Position numbers and translations under genes: made by a program. Below are positions 1 through 9,040 of a stretch of DNA of 42,610 nucleotides, piece after piece (position 1 is the stretch's first letter; every line of letters begins with the position of its first letter). The stretch spans positions 1 through 42,610 of the forward strand of contig JAHEAD010000017.1 of NCBI GenBank assembly GCA_019721075.1, read 5' to 3'. The notes beneath the pieces are model-generated. The model worked only from the letters and a program-made list of their open reading frames with translations, was not told the DNA's origin and ran no database searches. This stretch comes from Candidatus Sysuiplasma jiujiangense. GTDB taxonomy: Archaea > Thermoplasmatota > Thermoplasmata > Sysuiplasmatales > Sysuiplasmataceae.

Positions 1-114
1 AGTCGATGAGGCTGCGTGTAATGCTGGCTTTTCCTGTTTTCCTTATATATACTCATTCGATCCTAGTACTTCTGTTACGATCGTCTTCGGAGATACTGGC
101 CTAAGGCAAAATAG

Positions 115-121
115 TTAAATA
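115..121 (+). promoter_or_regulatory. TATA box of the sugar ABC operon
   Basis: TTAAATA preceded by an A-rich BRE-like stretch (GCAAAATAG), about 34 nt before ATG155. Confidence 0.5.
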
Positions 122-154
122 GTGTTCTATAGTACAGACTTAAAAAGTGGTTTT

Positions 155-1765
155 ATGAGTCAACAAGGCAATGAACCTTCAAAGGAGCCTTCAAAGGTGC
201 AAAAGGGGGGACGGACAAAGTGGATAGCCGTAGCTGTTGTAATTGTGGTCATCGTTGCGGCTGGCGGAGTTGCAGCCTATTATCTCACTTTACCAAAGAA
301 GACTACGACCACCACCGTGACCGTAGCAGCACCTATCTATGGTTCCAGTGCTACAGTGTGGGAAAACTGGATCAATAACGCAACTGTCGCCTGGAAAGCT
401 GATCATCCGGGTGTAAAAATCAAGTTTGTCGGTCCGTTTGGTGCAAGCAATGAAGGTGATTATTATACGAAATTGGATCTTATGACGTCATCGCCTTCGA
501 CGGCACCCAGTGTGATGCTGGAAGATATGTTTTATACTGCGACTTATGCAAGTTCGCATGTTCTTCTTCCGCTCAACAGCTATGTTAACAGCAGCGTAAT
601 TTCAAATGAATTCCCTTCAGCCCTTAACCAGATGTCAATAAACAATACCTACTACGGGCTCCCTGCTCAGGTTACTGACACGCTGATATATTACAACATG
701 ACACTTTTCAAGGAAGCTGGTTTGCCGGTTCCTTGGCAACCCACCAACTGGTCGGACATAATCAGTGCTGCGGAGACAATACACTCCCTTTCCAATATGT
801 CGTCCGTCATTCCGCTGAACGCATATGAGGGCATCAAGGCCGATGAAGCATCGTCTTTTACCGGTTTTGAGGGTCTTCTCTACGGAACAGGCTGGGGACT
901 TTACAATTTCACTGCGCACAAGTGGTATGGAGAAAACCCAGGTCTGCTTCAAACGCTTGATTTCTATCAGCAGGCATTTGTCAACAAAAGCCTTGCCTCC
1001 GCCTCTTTAAGCGCTGTTCCATATGTGACAGTCGGTCAGTATCTGCAGGAAGGCAAACTTGCAATTGCGATCGATGGCAGCTGGATGTATGGATATCAGT
1101 GGGGACCAGGCGCACAGCATCCGGTAACAAATTTCCCTAGCTACATCGGTGTTGCAAAGATACCGACAGAATTCGGCCAGTCGCCAGGTTACTCTACCAT
1201 GGTCGGTGGATGGGGATGGGCCGTCTATAATCATACCTCCAATCCCTCTCTGGCTGTTTCATTCGCTGAAGCTCTGGCAAACACAACTAATTCGATTACA
1301 ATAAATCTTCCGGGCAGTGCTCTTGCAGGAGGTCTTCCGACAACAAAGACTGCAGTAAACAATCCTCTTTTCGCCAAACTCATGCCAACCGATCCGTCGC
1401 TGGATGCGTTTTACACCAACCTTCTCCAGTACGGTAATTACAGGCCACCCGTTGCGGGATACCCAAAAGTTTCATACCAGCTCGATGTAGCGATGTCCGC
1501 AGTAGTCCATTCTACAGCATCACCAGCCGCAGCTCTGTCTGCCTATAACAGCGCTTTGATATCCACTTTCGGCTCGTCGGATGTTCAGGCAATTTCATCT
1601 GTTGCCGGCGTCTCTGTCGCCCACAACATTGTAAATTTAAACGGCATTCAGGTTGTTTCAGACTTTGGCCTCAGCGGCACTTCACACTACTCTTCTCTGC
1701 TGTCCTACGGTTTTATGGAGCAATCTTTAAGTGAACTGTCCGCCGTTCCTCTAAGCAGACTCTGA
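155..1765 (+). CDS. Sugar ABC transporter substrate-binding protein with N-terminal membrane anchor
   Basis: Basic N-region, hydrophobic stretch (WIAVAVVIVVIVAAGGVAAYYL) and Thr linker, then family-1 SBP motifs (YGLP..TDT.IYYN..LFKEAGL, G.LAIAIDGSW, GGWGWAV). ATG155 preferred over GTG122 because TTAAATA lies at 115-121. Confidence 0.92.
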   Translation: MSQQGNEPSKEPSKVQKGGRTKWIAVAVVIVVIVAAGGVAAYYLTLPKKTTTTTVTVAAPIYGSSATVWENWINNATVAWKADHPGVKIKFVGPFGASNEGDYYTKLDLMTSSPSTAPSVMLEDMFYTATYASSHVLLPLNSYVNSSVISNEFPSALNQMSINNTYYGLPAQVTDTLIYYNMTLFKEAGLPVPWQPTNWSDIISAAETIHSLSNMSSVIPLNAYEGIKADEASSFTGFEGLLYGTGWGLYNFTAHKWYGENPGLLQTLDFYQQAFVNKSLASASLSAVPYVTVGQYLQEGKLAIAIDGSWMYGYQWGPGAQHPVTNFPSYIGVAKIPTEFGQSPGYSTMVGGWGWAVYNHTSNPSLAVSFAEALANTTNSITINLPGSALAGGLPTTKTAVNNPLFAKLMPTDPSLDAFYTNLLQYGNYRPPVAGYPKVSYQLDVAMSAVVHSTASPAAALSAYNSALISTFGSSDVQAISSVAGVSVAHNIVNLNGIQVVSDFGLSGTSHYSSLLSYGFMEQSLSELSAVPLSRL

Positions 1766-1954
1766 TGGATTTTTCCTGGCATCCTGTTGCAGAAAACCAT
1801 CGCAGGAAAAAATGACCGTATTCCATGGATGGCTGTTCAGGGGACATGCGTTGTTTCGGGAAACCGGTAAAACCTTTTTGTTTTCTTCAAATTGCGTTTC
1901 TAATAATTTATTTAACATCGCCTGAAATATGAGGGTATGTTGCTGTAACTGAAG

Positions 1955-2860
1955 ATGACGGTCCTGTTTATGAAAATCAAAGCGCGCAGTGAAGGAAACT
2001 CAAATTTATTCATCCATGTTTATCTCATAGCATCTTTCGGTTTTCTCGCGGCCTTTTTTATTTTCCCTATTGCCCTCTCAATATATTACTCATTCACGAA
2101 TCTCAGTCTCTACAACATATATCAGTTTTCATTTGTTGGACTCAGAAACTATATTTCGCTTTTTACCAGCAGATCGTTCCTGAACTCGTTTTACATAACC
2201 ATGCTCTTCCTGTTTCTATCCGCAATTGTTGGTCAGGCAATGCTAGGCCTCGTGCTCGCATATATGCTTAACACTGTCAGATCCTACTTTCGCACCGTTG
2301 TAACAACCTCGCTTCTGCTTGCATGGGCAACCCCGCAGGTGACAGCAGGCATACTCTGGTACACAACATTAAGCATACAACCGCCTGGTGTTGTCAATCT
2401 GATTCTCTCCTCATTTGGTCTGCATGCAGTGAATTTTCTCGGAATCCGATATGCCATATTTTCGATAATTGTGGCAAACATATGGCTCGGTCTTGCCTTC
2501 TCTGTGCTGATTTATATGGCAGGCATTCAGAATATTAATCCGTCAACTATAAAATCATCAATAGTAGACGGTGCCGGACCGGTGAGCAGATTCATTCATA
2601 TTGTGGTTCCGCAGCTTAAAAACAGCATATTGATGGATGTCATACTCATCACCCTCTTTACTCTTGGCACATTTACGATGGTTTTCACACTTACTGGAGG
2701 GGGACCCGCCGAGACTACCAACCTTCTGACAATCTATCAGTATTACACAGCATTCTCTTTTTTTGATATCGGATTGGGCAGTGCCATTGGAACGATCGTG
2801 ATATGTGTTGCAATAGTACTCTCGTTCCTCTACATCCGCATTATGAGGGTGGGAGTATGA
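1955..2860 (+). CDS. Carbohydrate ABC transporter permease (MalF/UgpA-like)
   Basis: FVGLRNY motif, about six TM segments, EAA-loop variant (KSSIVDGAG..RF.HI..P), LTGGGP. Confidence 0.93.
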   Translation: MTVLFMKIKARSEGNSNLFIHVYLIASFGFLAAFFIFPIALSIYYSFTNLSLYNIYQFSFVGLRNYISLFTSRSFLNSFYITMLFLFLSAIVGQAMLGLVLAYMLNTVRSYFRTVVTTSLLLAWATPQVTAGILWYTTLSIQPPGVVNLILSSFGLHAVNFLGIRYAIFSIIVANIWLGLAFSVLIYMAGIQNINPSTIKSSIVDGAGPVSRFIHIVVPQLKNSILMDVILITLFTLGTFTMVFTLTGGGPAETTNLLTIYQYYTAFSFFDIGLGSAIGTIVICVAIVLSFLYIRIMRVGV

Positions 2861-3666
2861 AGATACTCGCAGCTGCCAATTACGTAATACTCGCCGCAAT
2901 AGCTGTCCTTTTTGTTGTGCCCTTTACCTGGCTGGTCGTGGAGAGTTTCAGCCCGCTGAATAATATTGGCGTAACTGCTCCCCCCTATCTCACGCTCAAT
3001 AACTTTGTGGCCGTTACGGCCAACGGCTCGTTCGTGCTTTCCATACTTAATGGCCTGTTACTGTCTCTGGGAGGCACAGCGATATCGCTGCTGTTTGCCA
3101 TTGGCCCGGCATATGTTTTCTCACGAAGGAAGTTCAGATTGAGGAACGGTCTCCTGCTCGCGATCCTCTTTCTGACCGGTTTTCCCACATTCGCTCTTCT
3201 TGTTCCCACATATGCGTACTTCATCCACATCGGGCTGTACAATTCCATCGGGGGTGTGATTCTCTTTCTGGCAGCACTCAATCTTCCCATTACGATATGG
3301 ATATTGAAAAATGCGTTCGATCAGATACCCCTGAATGTGGAGAAGGCTGCAATGGTTGACGGTTCGTCAACTGCTCAGACAATTCTGCATATATTCCTGC
3401 CACTGGCATTTCCGAGCATTGCAGTTGTCGTCATACTTAACTTTGTGCTTAACTGGGGTAATTTCTATGTACCCTTTATATTAATCAGCTCTGGCAATGA
3501 GCTTCCGATTGCTGTTAAAATATACTCATTTTTCGGCGCATACAATGTGAAATATAATGAACTGGCGGCATTATCCTTCGTTTATACAGTCCCTGCGATC
3601 GTGATGTATATATTTGCACAAAAGTACCTGATAAAGGCGTTTTCCTTCGGCGGGAGCAAGGGGTGA
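2857..3666 (+). CDS. Carbohydrate ABC transporter permease (MalG/UgpE-like)
   Basis: FDQIP..VEKAAMVDG EAA loop; ATGA overlap with the upstream permease fixes the start at 2857. Confidence 0.93.
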   Translation: MKILAAANYVILAAIAVLFVVPFTWLVVESFSPLNNIGVTAPPYLTLNNFVAVTANGSFVLSILNGLLLSLGGTAISLLFAIGPAYVFSRRKFRLRNGLLLAILFLTGFPTFALLVPTYAYFIHIGLYNSIGGVILFLAALNLPITIWILKNAFDQIPLNVEKAAMVDGSSTAQTILHIFLPLAFPSIAVVVILNFVLNWGNFYVPFILISSGNELPIAVKIYSFFGAYNVKYNELAALSFVYTVPAIVMYIFAQKYLIKAFSFGGSKG

Positions 3667-4752
3667 TTGCAAACGGCAAGCATAAGTGTGAGAAATCTGA
3701 GCAGAACCTTTGGGACCGTAAAGGCTCTCAACGATGTCAATTTTGACATCGCCGATGGTGAATTCTGCGTCATACTTGGCGCTTCGGGCTCTGGAAAAAC
3801 AACACTTCTTAATCTTCTTGCCGGCCTTGAAAAACAGACAACCGGCGATGTCCTGATTGACGGCAAAGTAGTCAATGATAAAGATCCGAAGAGCAGGGGG
3901 ATAGCGATGGTTTTCCAAGACTACGCACTCTATCCGCACATGACGGTCTATGGCAATATGGCATTCCCGCTGAAAATGGCCAGGATGCAGAAAAACGTCA
4001 TTGACTCCAAAGTCAAAAATGTCGCGAGCCAGTTGTCGATTGAGCAACTTCTCCAGAGAAAACCGCGTGAACTTTCCGGTGGGCAGGCCCAGAGAGTCGC
4101 TGTCGGCAGAGCTCTGGTGCGTGATCCTTCCGTCTTCCTGATGGATGAACCACTCAGTAACCTTGATGCCAAGATAAGATCGCAGGTGAGAACAGACCTG
4201 AAGGTCCTCCACAGGGAGCTGAAGAAGACATTTGTGTACGTCACTCACGACCAGCAGGAAGCGATGTCACTGTCGGACAAAATTATACTTATAGACAATG
4301 GCAGTGTTTCGCAGATAGGAAGCCCTCTTGATGTATATAATTCGCCAGCGAACATAACTGTCGCCACATTCCTCGGCGATCCTCCAACCAACATATTCAA
4401 AGCACATGCTGAAAAAGGTGTTTTTATCAGCGATCTTTCCCCGCTTAAAATAGCTACAGACAGGGAACGTATCAAGATAGGCATCAGGCCGGAGGCATTT
4501 CAGCTTGAGGGAGGCCCTAACTGCGCCTATGCCGATCTCAGCGTGATAACAGTTGAGTCGTTCGGTTCCCATATGATTGTCACTTGCGAAACTGAAAGCA
4601 AAGCCACCGTGAAAATAAGGATTTCGAATAGACCCTTCAAGGAAAACAGATTAAGGGTATATGTTCAACCGCCATTCATGCATCTGTTTGATGACAGCGA
4701 CGGAAAGAGACTTCTGGACGTCGATATAACACCGGCAGCAGCCCCCCGGTAG
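3667..4752 (+). CDS. Sugar ABC transporter ATP-binding protein (MalK-like)
   Basis: Walker A GASGSGKTT, VFQDYALYPHMTV, LSGGQAQR, MDEPLSNLDAK, YVTHDQ, C-terminal regulatory (TOBE-like) region. Confidence 0.96.
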   Translation: MQTASISVRNLSRTFGTVKALNDVNFDIADGEFCVILGASGSGKTTLLNLLAGLEKQTTGDVLIDGKVVNDKDPKSRGIAMVFQDYALYPHMTVYGNMAFPLKMARMQKNVIDSKVKNVASQLSIEQLLQRKPRELSGGQAQRVAVGRALVRDPSVFLMDEPLSNLDAKIRSQVRTDLKVLHRELKKTFVYVTHDQQEAMSLSDKIILIDNGSVSQIGSPLDVYNSPANITVATFLGDPPTNIFKAHAEKGVFISDLSPLKIATDRERIKIGIRPEAFQLEGGPNCAYADLSVITVESFGSHMIVTCETESKATVKIRISNRPFKENRLRVYVQPPFMHLFDDSDGKRLLDVDITPAAAPR

Positions 4753-4764
4753 TCTGGTGGTCGG

Positions 4765-5142
4765 TTGCGTTCAGTGAAGTTTATATCTGTTTTGCTGACA
4801 CTGGTTGTAGTGTCGGTTGCGGTTGCATCTATAAGTGCGAGCAGGCATACAGAGGAAGCAAAAGTCACAATAACGAATCTTGAAATCGGTTTCTTCGGAA
4901 TATCTCCTGCCACGAACATTTCCTATCCACGCAGTGTCCTGGCCAATTCATCTTTCAGTATTTCCATGAATGTCGTTGAAAATGTCACGCGGGTGTATAT
5001 AACAACTCCAGGGTTTGAAGTCATCAACTGGCATCTTTCGTATACCGATCTGACGGTTTCCGTAATTTACAGGCAGGCTGCATATATCGGTATTCTATCA
5101 ATGCATGTCGTGGGCAATATTCCCTTTCCGGTAATATACTGA
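4765..5142 (+). CDS. Small secreted or membrane-anchored hypothetical protein
   Basis: Fills the gap between the ATPase and the mannosidase; hydrophobic N-terminus, beta-rich body, NxS/T sequons (NIS, NSS, NVT). Confidence 0.7.
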   Translation: MRSVKFISVLLTLVVVSVAVASISASRHTEEAKVTITNLEIGFFGISPATNISYPRSVLANSSFSISMNVVENVTRVYITTPGFEVINWHLSYTDLTVSVIYRQAAYIGILSMHVVGNIPFPVIY

Positions 5143-5151
5143 GGTGAGTTA

Positions 5152-8115
5152 ATGAATTCTGTCGATGGCATTTATGAGACTGTTCGGGAATTGAAGAAGA
5201 GGGCGTCATATTTCATACTTGCCAGTGTAGTAGAACCAGAGCAAATTCGGAACTGGAAAAGAAAAAAGATGCCCCTTGAGGAAGCCGAAGCATTCAGATG
5301 TGATTACTATTCGCTTGAAAGCGAATATTCAACCGAAGGAGAATCCTTCGTCTATTTTGGCGTTCCGGGAAGTGCGATGATGCTTATCGACGGAAAGGTA
5401 TACTTCGGCATCGATGCCTTCCATAGAATCGTGGATGTCCCGGAAGGAAGCCATCAAATTCGACTGGAAGCAACACATAGAGGACTTTTTGGAAACAAAA
5501 CTTTTTCTTCCATACCATTCAACGCAGTGCTGTTCAAAAAAAATATTCTTTATGAAAAGATATACTACAAACTGATTACGCTGCTCGATTTCATACTGAT
5601 TTCCCGGGATGAAACTAAACTGAACACTCTTCTGGAAATGTACGAAAGTTTCCCCCTTCTAAATGTCAGCGCTCTCGCTTACATCGTGCATGGAGACCTT
5701 TTTTCAGACGACTTCACATTTTCTGATGCGGCCTTAAAGATTCTGAAACTGAAAGAGAGGAACGAGAGCATCCTGGAAGATGTAAAATCGGCGAACAAAC
5801 TGTCCGAGGAAATAGACATCCTCCTTCGTGACTGCCGCCTGTCTGTGGAATGCACCATTATGCCTCTGGGGCATGCACACACAGATCTCGCATGGTTGTG
5901 GCCTGTAGCCGAAACCACCAGAAAATCATTGCGCACTTTTGCCAGTGTGCTTCATCTGCTGGAGAAATTTGATTTTTTGTTTGTCCAGTCCATGGCATGG
6001 CATTACAAGCTTGTGGAAGATGCCGGATCTGATTATGCTATCGACATCTTTGACCGAATAAGGAAAATGGTGTCACAGGGGAAATGGGTGCCAATTGGAG
6101 GCATGATGGTTGAACCGGACTGCAACCTTACATCAGGTGAGTCGATTGTGAGGCAGGCGCTGTATGGCCAGCTTTATTTCCAGGAAAAATTTGGAACAAA
6201 GAGCAGCATTGCTTGGCTTCCGGACACATTTGGCTTCTCCCCGCAGCTGCCGCAAATTCTTCGGCTTTCCGGTTTCGACCTTTTTCTGACAACAAAACTC
6301 TCCTGGAACGACACAAACAGATTCCCGCATGATATGTTCACTTGGACTGGTATTGATGGAACAGCAATAGCTGCTCATTCCCACATGAGAACTTACAACT
6401 CAGATCTCTCTCCCGTTGATCTTGCAGAATCGCTTGAACTCCATCCGGAGACGAAAATAACAGGAATTATGCCGGTAATCTTTGGAAAGGGAGATGGCGG
6501 CGGCGGTCCAACAGGTGAAATGCTGGAACAGCTGGATGTTATTCGAAAGACAAAAAGCGCCGTAACAACCGGGAATACACTCTATGCCTGGCTGGAATCG
6601 ATTAAGCACAATATGGAGAAGCTGCCACGCTTTAACGGCGAACTGTATCTGGAATACCATAGAGGCACCTATACGACGCATGCGGACATCAAGAAACTGA
6701 ACAGGAAGACAGAAAGCCTTCTTTTCCTCGCGGAGGCTCATGCTGTTGCGGCGTCGGTACATTCTCGCAGCACACCCAGCAGATTCAGAGCGGAATGGGA
6801 AGTATTGCTTAAAAATCAGTTTCATGACATCCTTCCTGGCTCATCCGTCAGGCAGGTCTACATCGACTCAGTATCGGAGCTTTCCGAACTGGATGAAAAA
6901 CTCAACCGCCTGATAGCGGATAATACCGGGGAAGCTGAAAATTTTTCAATCTTCTGTCCCTATTCGTGGCCGACTTCATACTTGATGGAACTCGGAGATA
7001 AATTTTCAGATGGCGATATCCTTGTATCGGAAAGCGGCACATGGTATCCTGTTTTTACTGCTTGTCACAGAAAGTTTGTCGAACTGAAATTTGAAGAAGG
7101 CATGGGTTTTTATGGATACACGAAGAAAAAGGGCAGTCAAACCCGGCCTGCTGTCATTCACCGGAAGGATTTTGTTGCAGGGAATTGGCATGTCCGTATA
7201 GAAAAGAACAGAATTTGCAGTCTCTCATTCTCTGACAGGGAGATGCCGCCTCCCGATTTCCGTCTGTTTCAGGATTTCCCGTCGGCATTCGACGCGTGGG
7301 AACTCGACAGGAAAAAAATTGAAAGCGGCCGCAGTCTCGATCCCCATGATATCAGAATCTCGGCTCCGGAAAACGGCTGCGTGGCGATCAGGCAACGTTA
7401 TGATCTATTTCCCGGATCAATGACGGTTGAATATCTGTTTTTCTCTGATGGATTATGCAGAATGTTTTTCAACGTCGATTGGAGGGGAAACAACCGGCTC
7501 CTTCGCATGTATTTCAAAACTGGCGGCAACCGCTGTCACGGTGAGGTTGCCTACGGGCACGTGGTAAGGAAATCAGAAGGGGCAGTTTTTGAGTTCCCTG
7601 CCCAACGTTTTATCTGTGTGGAAACTGCCGCAGGCCTGTTTGCACTTTTCAACGATGGAAAATACGGTAACTCCTTTGAGGATGGAATGCTGGGAACGAG
7701 TCTTCTTCGTTCTCCTGTTTATCCGGACATTCATTCAGATCGCGGTAATAACCTTTTTTCATTTGCATTTGGTTTCATTGGAGACTTGCAACAGTGCCAT
7801 CAGGAAGGTTTCAAGTTTAACGTGCCCCCATCCGTCTGCTCGCACACCGGCAGATCCAAATTCCGACTGGAAGGAGCGATGCTCGGTGCTCTGAAGGCTG
7901 CGGAACACGATAACACAATAATTGCAAGACTCTACAACCCTTCGGAGAAAACGATGAAGTTCAGGCTTGCAGTTCCATTCGAACTGTCTGACTGCCGCAT
8001 GTGTGATCTGCTTGAAAACAACCGTGAAGGGACCTCACTGGAAATTGCCGGCACCGAGATAAAGGGAAGCATTCATAAGTTTGGAATAATCACACTCAAG
8101 TTAACACCAAAATAA
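5152..8115 (+). CDS. Alpha-mannosidase, glycoside hydrolase family 38 (cytoplasmic, Ams1/MAN2C1-like)
   Basis: GHAHTDLAWLW zinc motif, WLPDTFG nucleophile motif, GDGGGGP, GELYLEYHRGTYTT, QFHDILPGSS; GAGGTGA RBS; no signal peptide. Confidence 0.96.
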   Translation: MNSVDGIYETVRELKKRASYFILASVVEPEQIRNWKRKKMPLEEAEAFRCDYYSLESEYSTEGESFVYFGVPGSAMMLIDGKVYFGIDAFHRIVDVPEGSHQIRLEATHRGLFGNKTFSSIPFNAVLFKKNILYEKIYYKLITLLDFILISRDETKLNTLLEMYESFPLLNVSALAYIVHGDLFSDDFTFSDAALKILKLKERNESILEDVKSANKLSEEIDILLRDCRLSVECTIMPLGHAHTDLAWLWPVAETTRKSLRTFASVLHLLEKFDFLFVQSMAWHYKLVEDAGSDYAIDIFDRIRKMVSQGKWVPIGGMMVEPDCNLTSGESIVRQALYGQLYFQEKFGTKSSIAWLPDTFGFSPQLPQILRLSGFDLFLTTKLSWNDTNRFPHDMFTWTGIDGTAIAAHSHMRTYNSDLSPVDLAESLELHPETKITGIMPVIFGKGDGGGGPTGEMLEQLDVIRKTKSAVTTGNTLYAWLESIKHNMEKLPRFNGELYLEYHRGTYTTHADIKKLNRKTESLLFLAEAHAVAASVHSRSTPSRFRAEWEVLLKNQFHDILPGSSVRQVYIDSVSELSELDEKLNRLIADNTGEAENFSIFCPYSWPTSYLMELGDKFSDGDILVSESGTWYPVFTACHRKFVELKFEEGMGFYGYTKKKGSQTRPAVIHRKDFVAGNWHVRIEKNRICSLSFSDREMPPPDFRLFQDFPSAFDAWELDRKKIESGRSLDPHDIRISAPENGCVAIRQRYDLFPGSMTVEYLFFSDGLCRMFFNVDWRGNNRLLRMYFKTGGNRCHGEVAYGHVVRKSEGAVFEFPAQRFICVETAAGLFALFNDGKYGNSFEDGMLGTSLLRSPVYPDIHSDRGNNLFSFAFGFIGDLQQCHQEGFKFNVPPSVCSHTGRSKFRLEGAMLGALKAAEHDNTIIARLYNPSEKTMKFRLAVPFELSDCRMCDLLENNREGTSLEIAGTEIKGSIHKFGIITLKLTPK

Positions 8116-8229
8116 GCTCTGCGGTTGTGTTTTTGTCAGAGCCTTGCTGCCGTATCGGTTTTGTTTATACGGGATCACCGCCTGTCAATGACGGTTTTTT
8201 CCTACATGGCCCTCATACTGAAAACAGAG

Positions 8230-8302
8230 TAGCCCCGGGCAGATTCGAACTGCCGTCGCAAGATCCAGAGTCTCGCATGATTGACCGCTACACTACGGGG
8301 CT
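8230..8302 (-). tRNA. tRNA-Gln(CTG)
   Basis: Reverse complement AGCCCCGTAGTGTAGCGGTCAATCATGCGAGACTCTGGATCTTGCGACGGCAGTTCGAATCTGCCCGGGGCTA folds as a cloverleaf; anticodon loop CT-CTG-GA; CCA not encoded. Confidence 0.96.
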
Positions 8303-8486
8303 GAAACGCAACGACATGACAACGGCGATAGTAGATAAATTTAATCAGCGTCTGCAGCCGGACAAACAGACAGATATGCAGAGCACGGCGATTCAGGTGA
8401 TAACGGCGTTCCGGCACTTTGAATATACGCCGAATTGAGCGAAGATTCCGATGAATCTTTAAGATATCGGCAAGCGATATACCGGC

Positions 8487-8984
8487 GTGGAGCGTGAGGA
8501 TCTGGAAATATCGGTTGTTGACCTGGGGAGCAGAGACGGGGTTAACATAATACTGGCGCAGTCGCACTTCATAAAGACGGCAGAAGACGTATATGAAGTG
8601 CTGAAGACGGCAGTGCCCGGGATGAAATTCGGGATTGCGTTCAATGAGGCTTCGGGACCGAAGCTAGTAAGGACGGAAGGTAATGACGGCCCGCTGGTAA
8701 GCCTTGCGGCAGAGAATGCAATGAAGGTCGGCGCCGGACATCTGCTTGTCATTGCCATTAAAGACGCTTTCCCGATCAACATCCTCAATGCATTGAAGAA
8801 TGTAAGCGAAATCACACACATCTACTGTGCGACTTCCAACAAACTCAGGGTTGTTGTCTGCTCGGACGGCATGGCAAGATCAGTGCTCGGCGTGATGGAC
8901 GGGGAAATGCCTGAGAGAGTGGAAGGGGAGAAGGAAAAACAGGAAAGAAGGGAATTCCTGAGGCGCATAGGGTACAAACTGTAA
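8487..8984 (+). CDS. Adenosine-specific kinase family protein (DUF355/PAE2307-like)
   Basis: NIILAQSHFIKTAED, FGIAFNEASG, AGH, FPINILN, IYCATSN, R..FLR.IGYK motifs. Confidence 0.88.
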   Translation: MEREDLEISVVDLGSRDGVNIILAQSHFIKTAEDVYEVLKTAVPGMKFGIAFNEASGPKLVRTEGNDGPLVSLAAENAMKVGAGHLLVIAIKDAFPINILNALKNVSEITHIYCATSNKLRVVVCSDGMARSVLGVMDGEMPERVEGEKEKQERREFLRRIGYKL

Positions 8985-9040
8985 TTAACAGCGTGCCCGT
9001 CAAAAACTGTTCGGTAAATACTTCCCCCTGTTCCGGCGTT

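Noticed and set aside
1..56. Possible start of a divergent gene (MSIYKENRKSQHYTQPHR) running off the left edge
   Set aside because: Too short to support
8127..8567. ORFs of 103 aa (+) and 121 aa (-), and likewise 10887-11321 (+)
   Set aside because: They run across tRNA genes and are spurious
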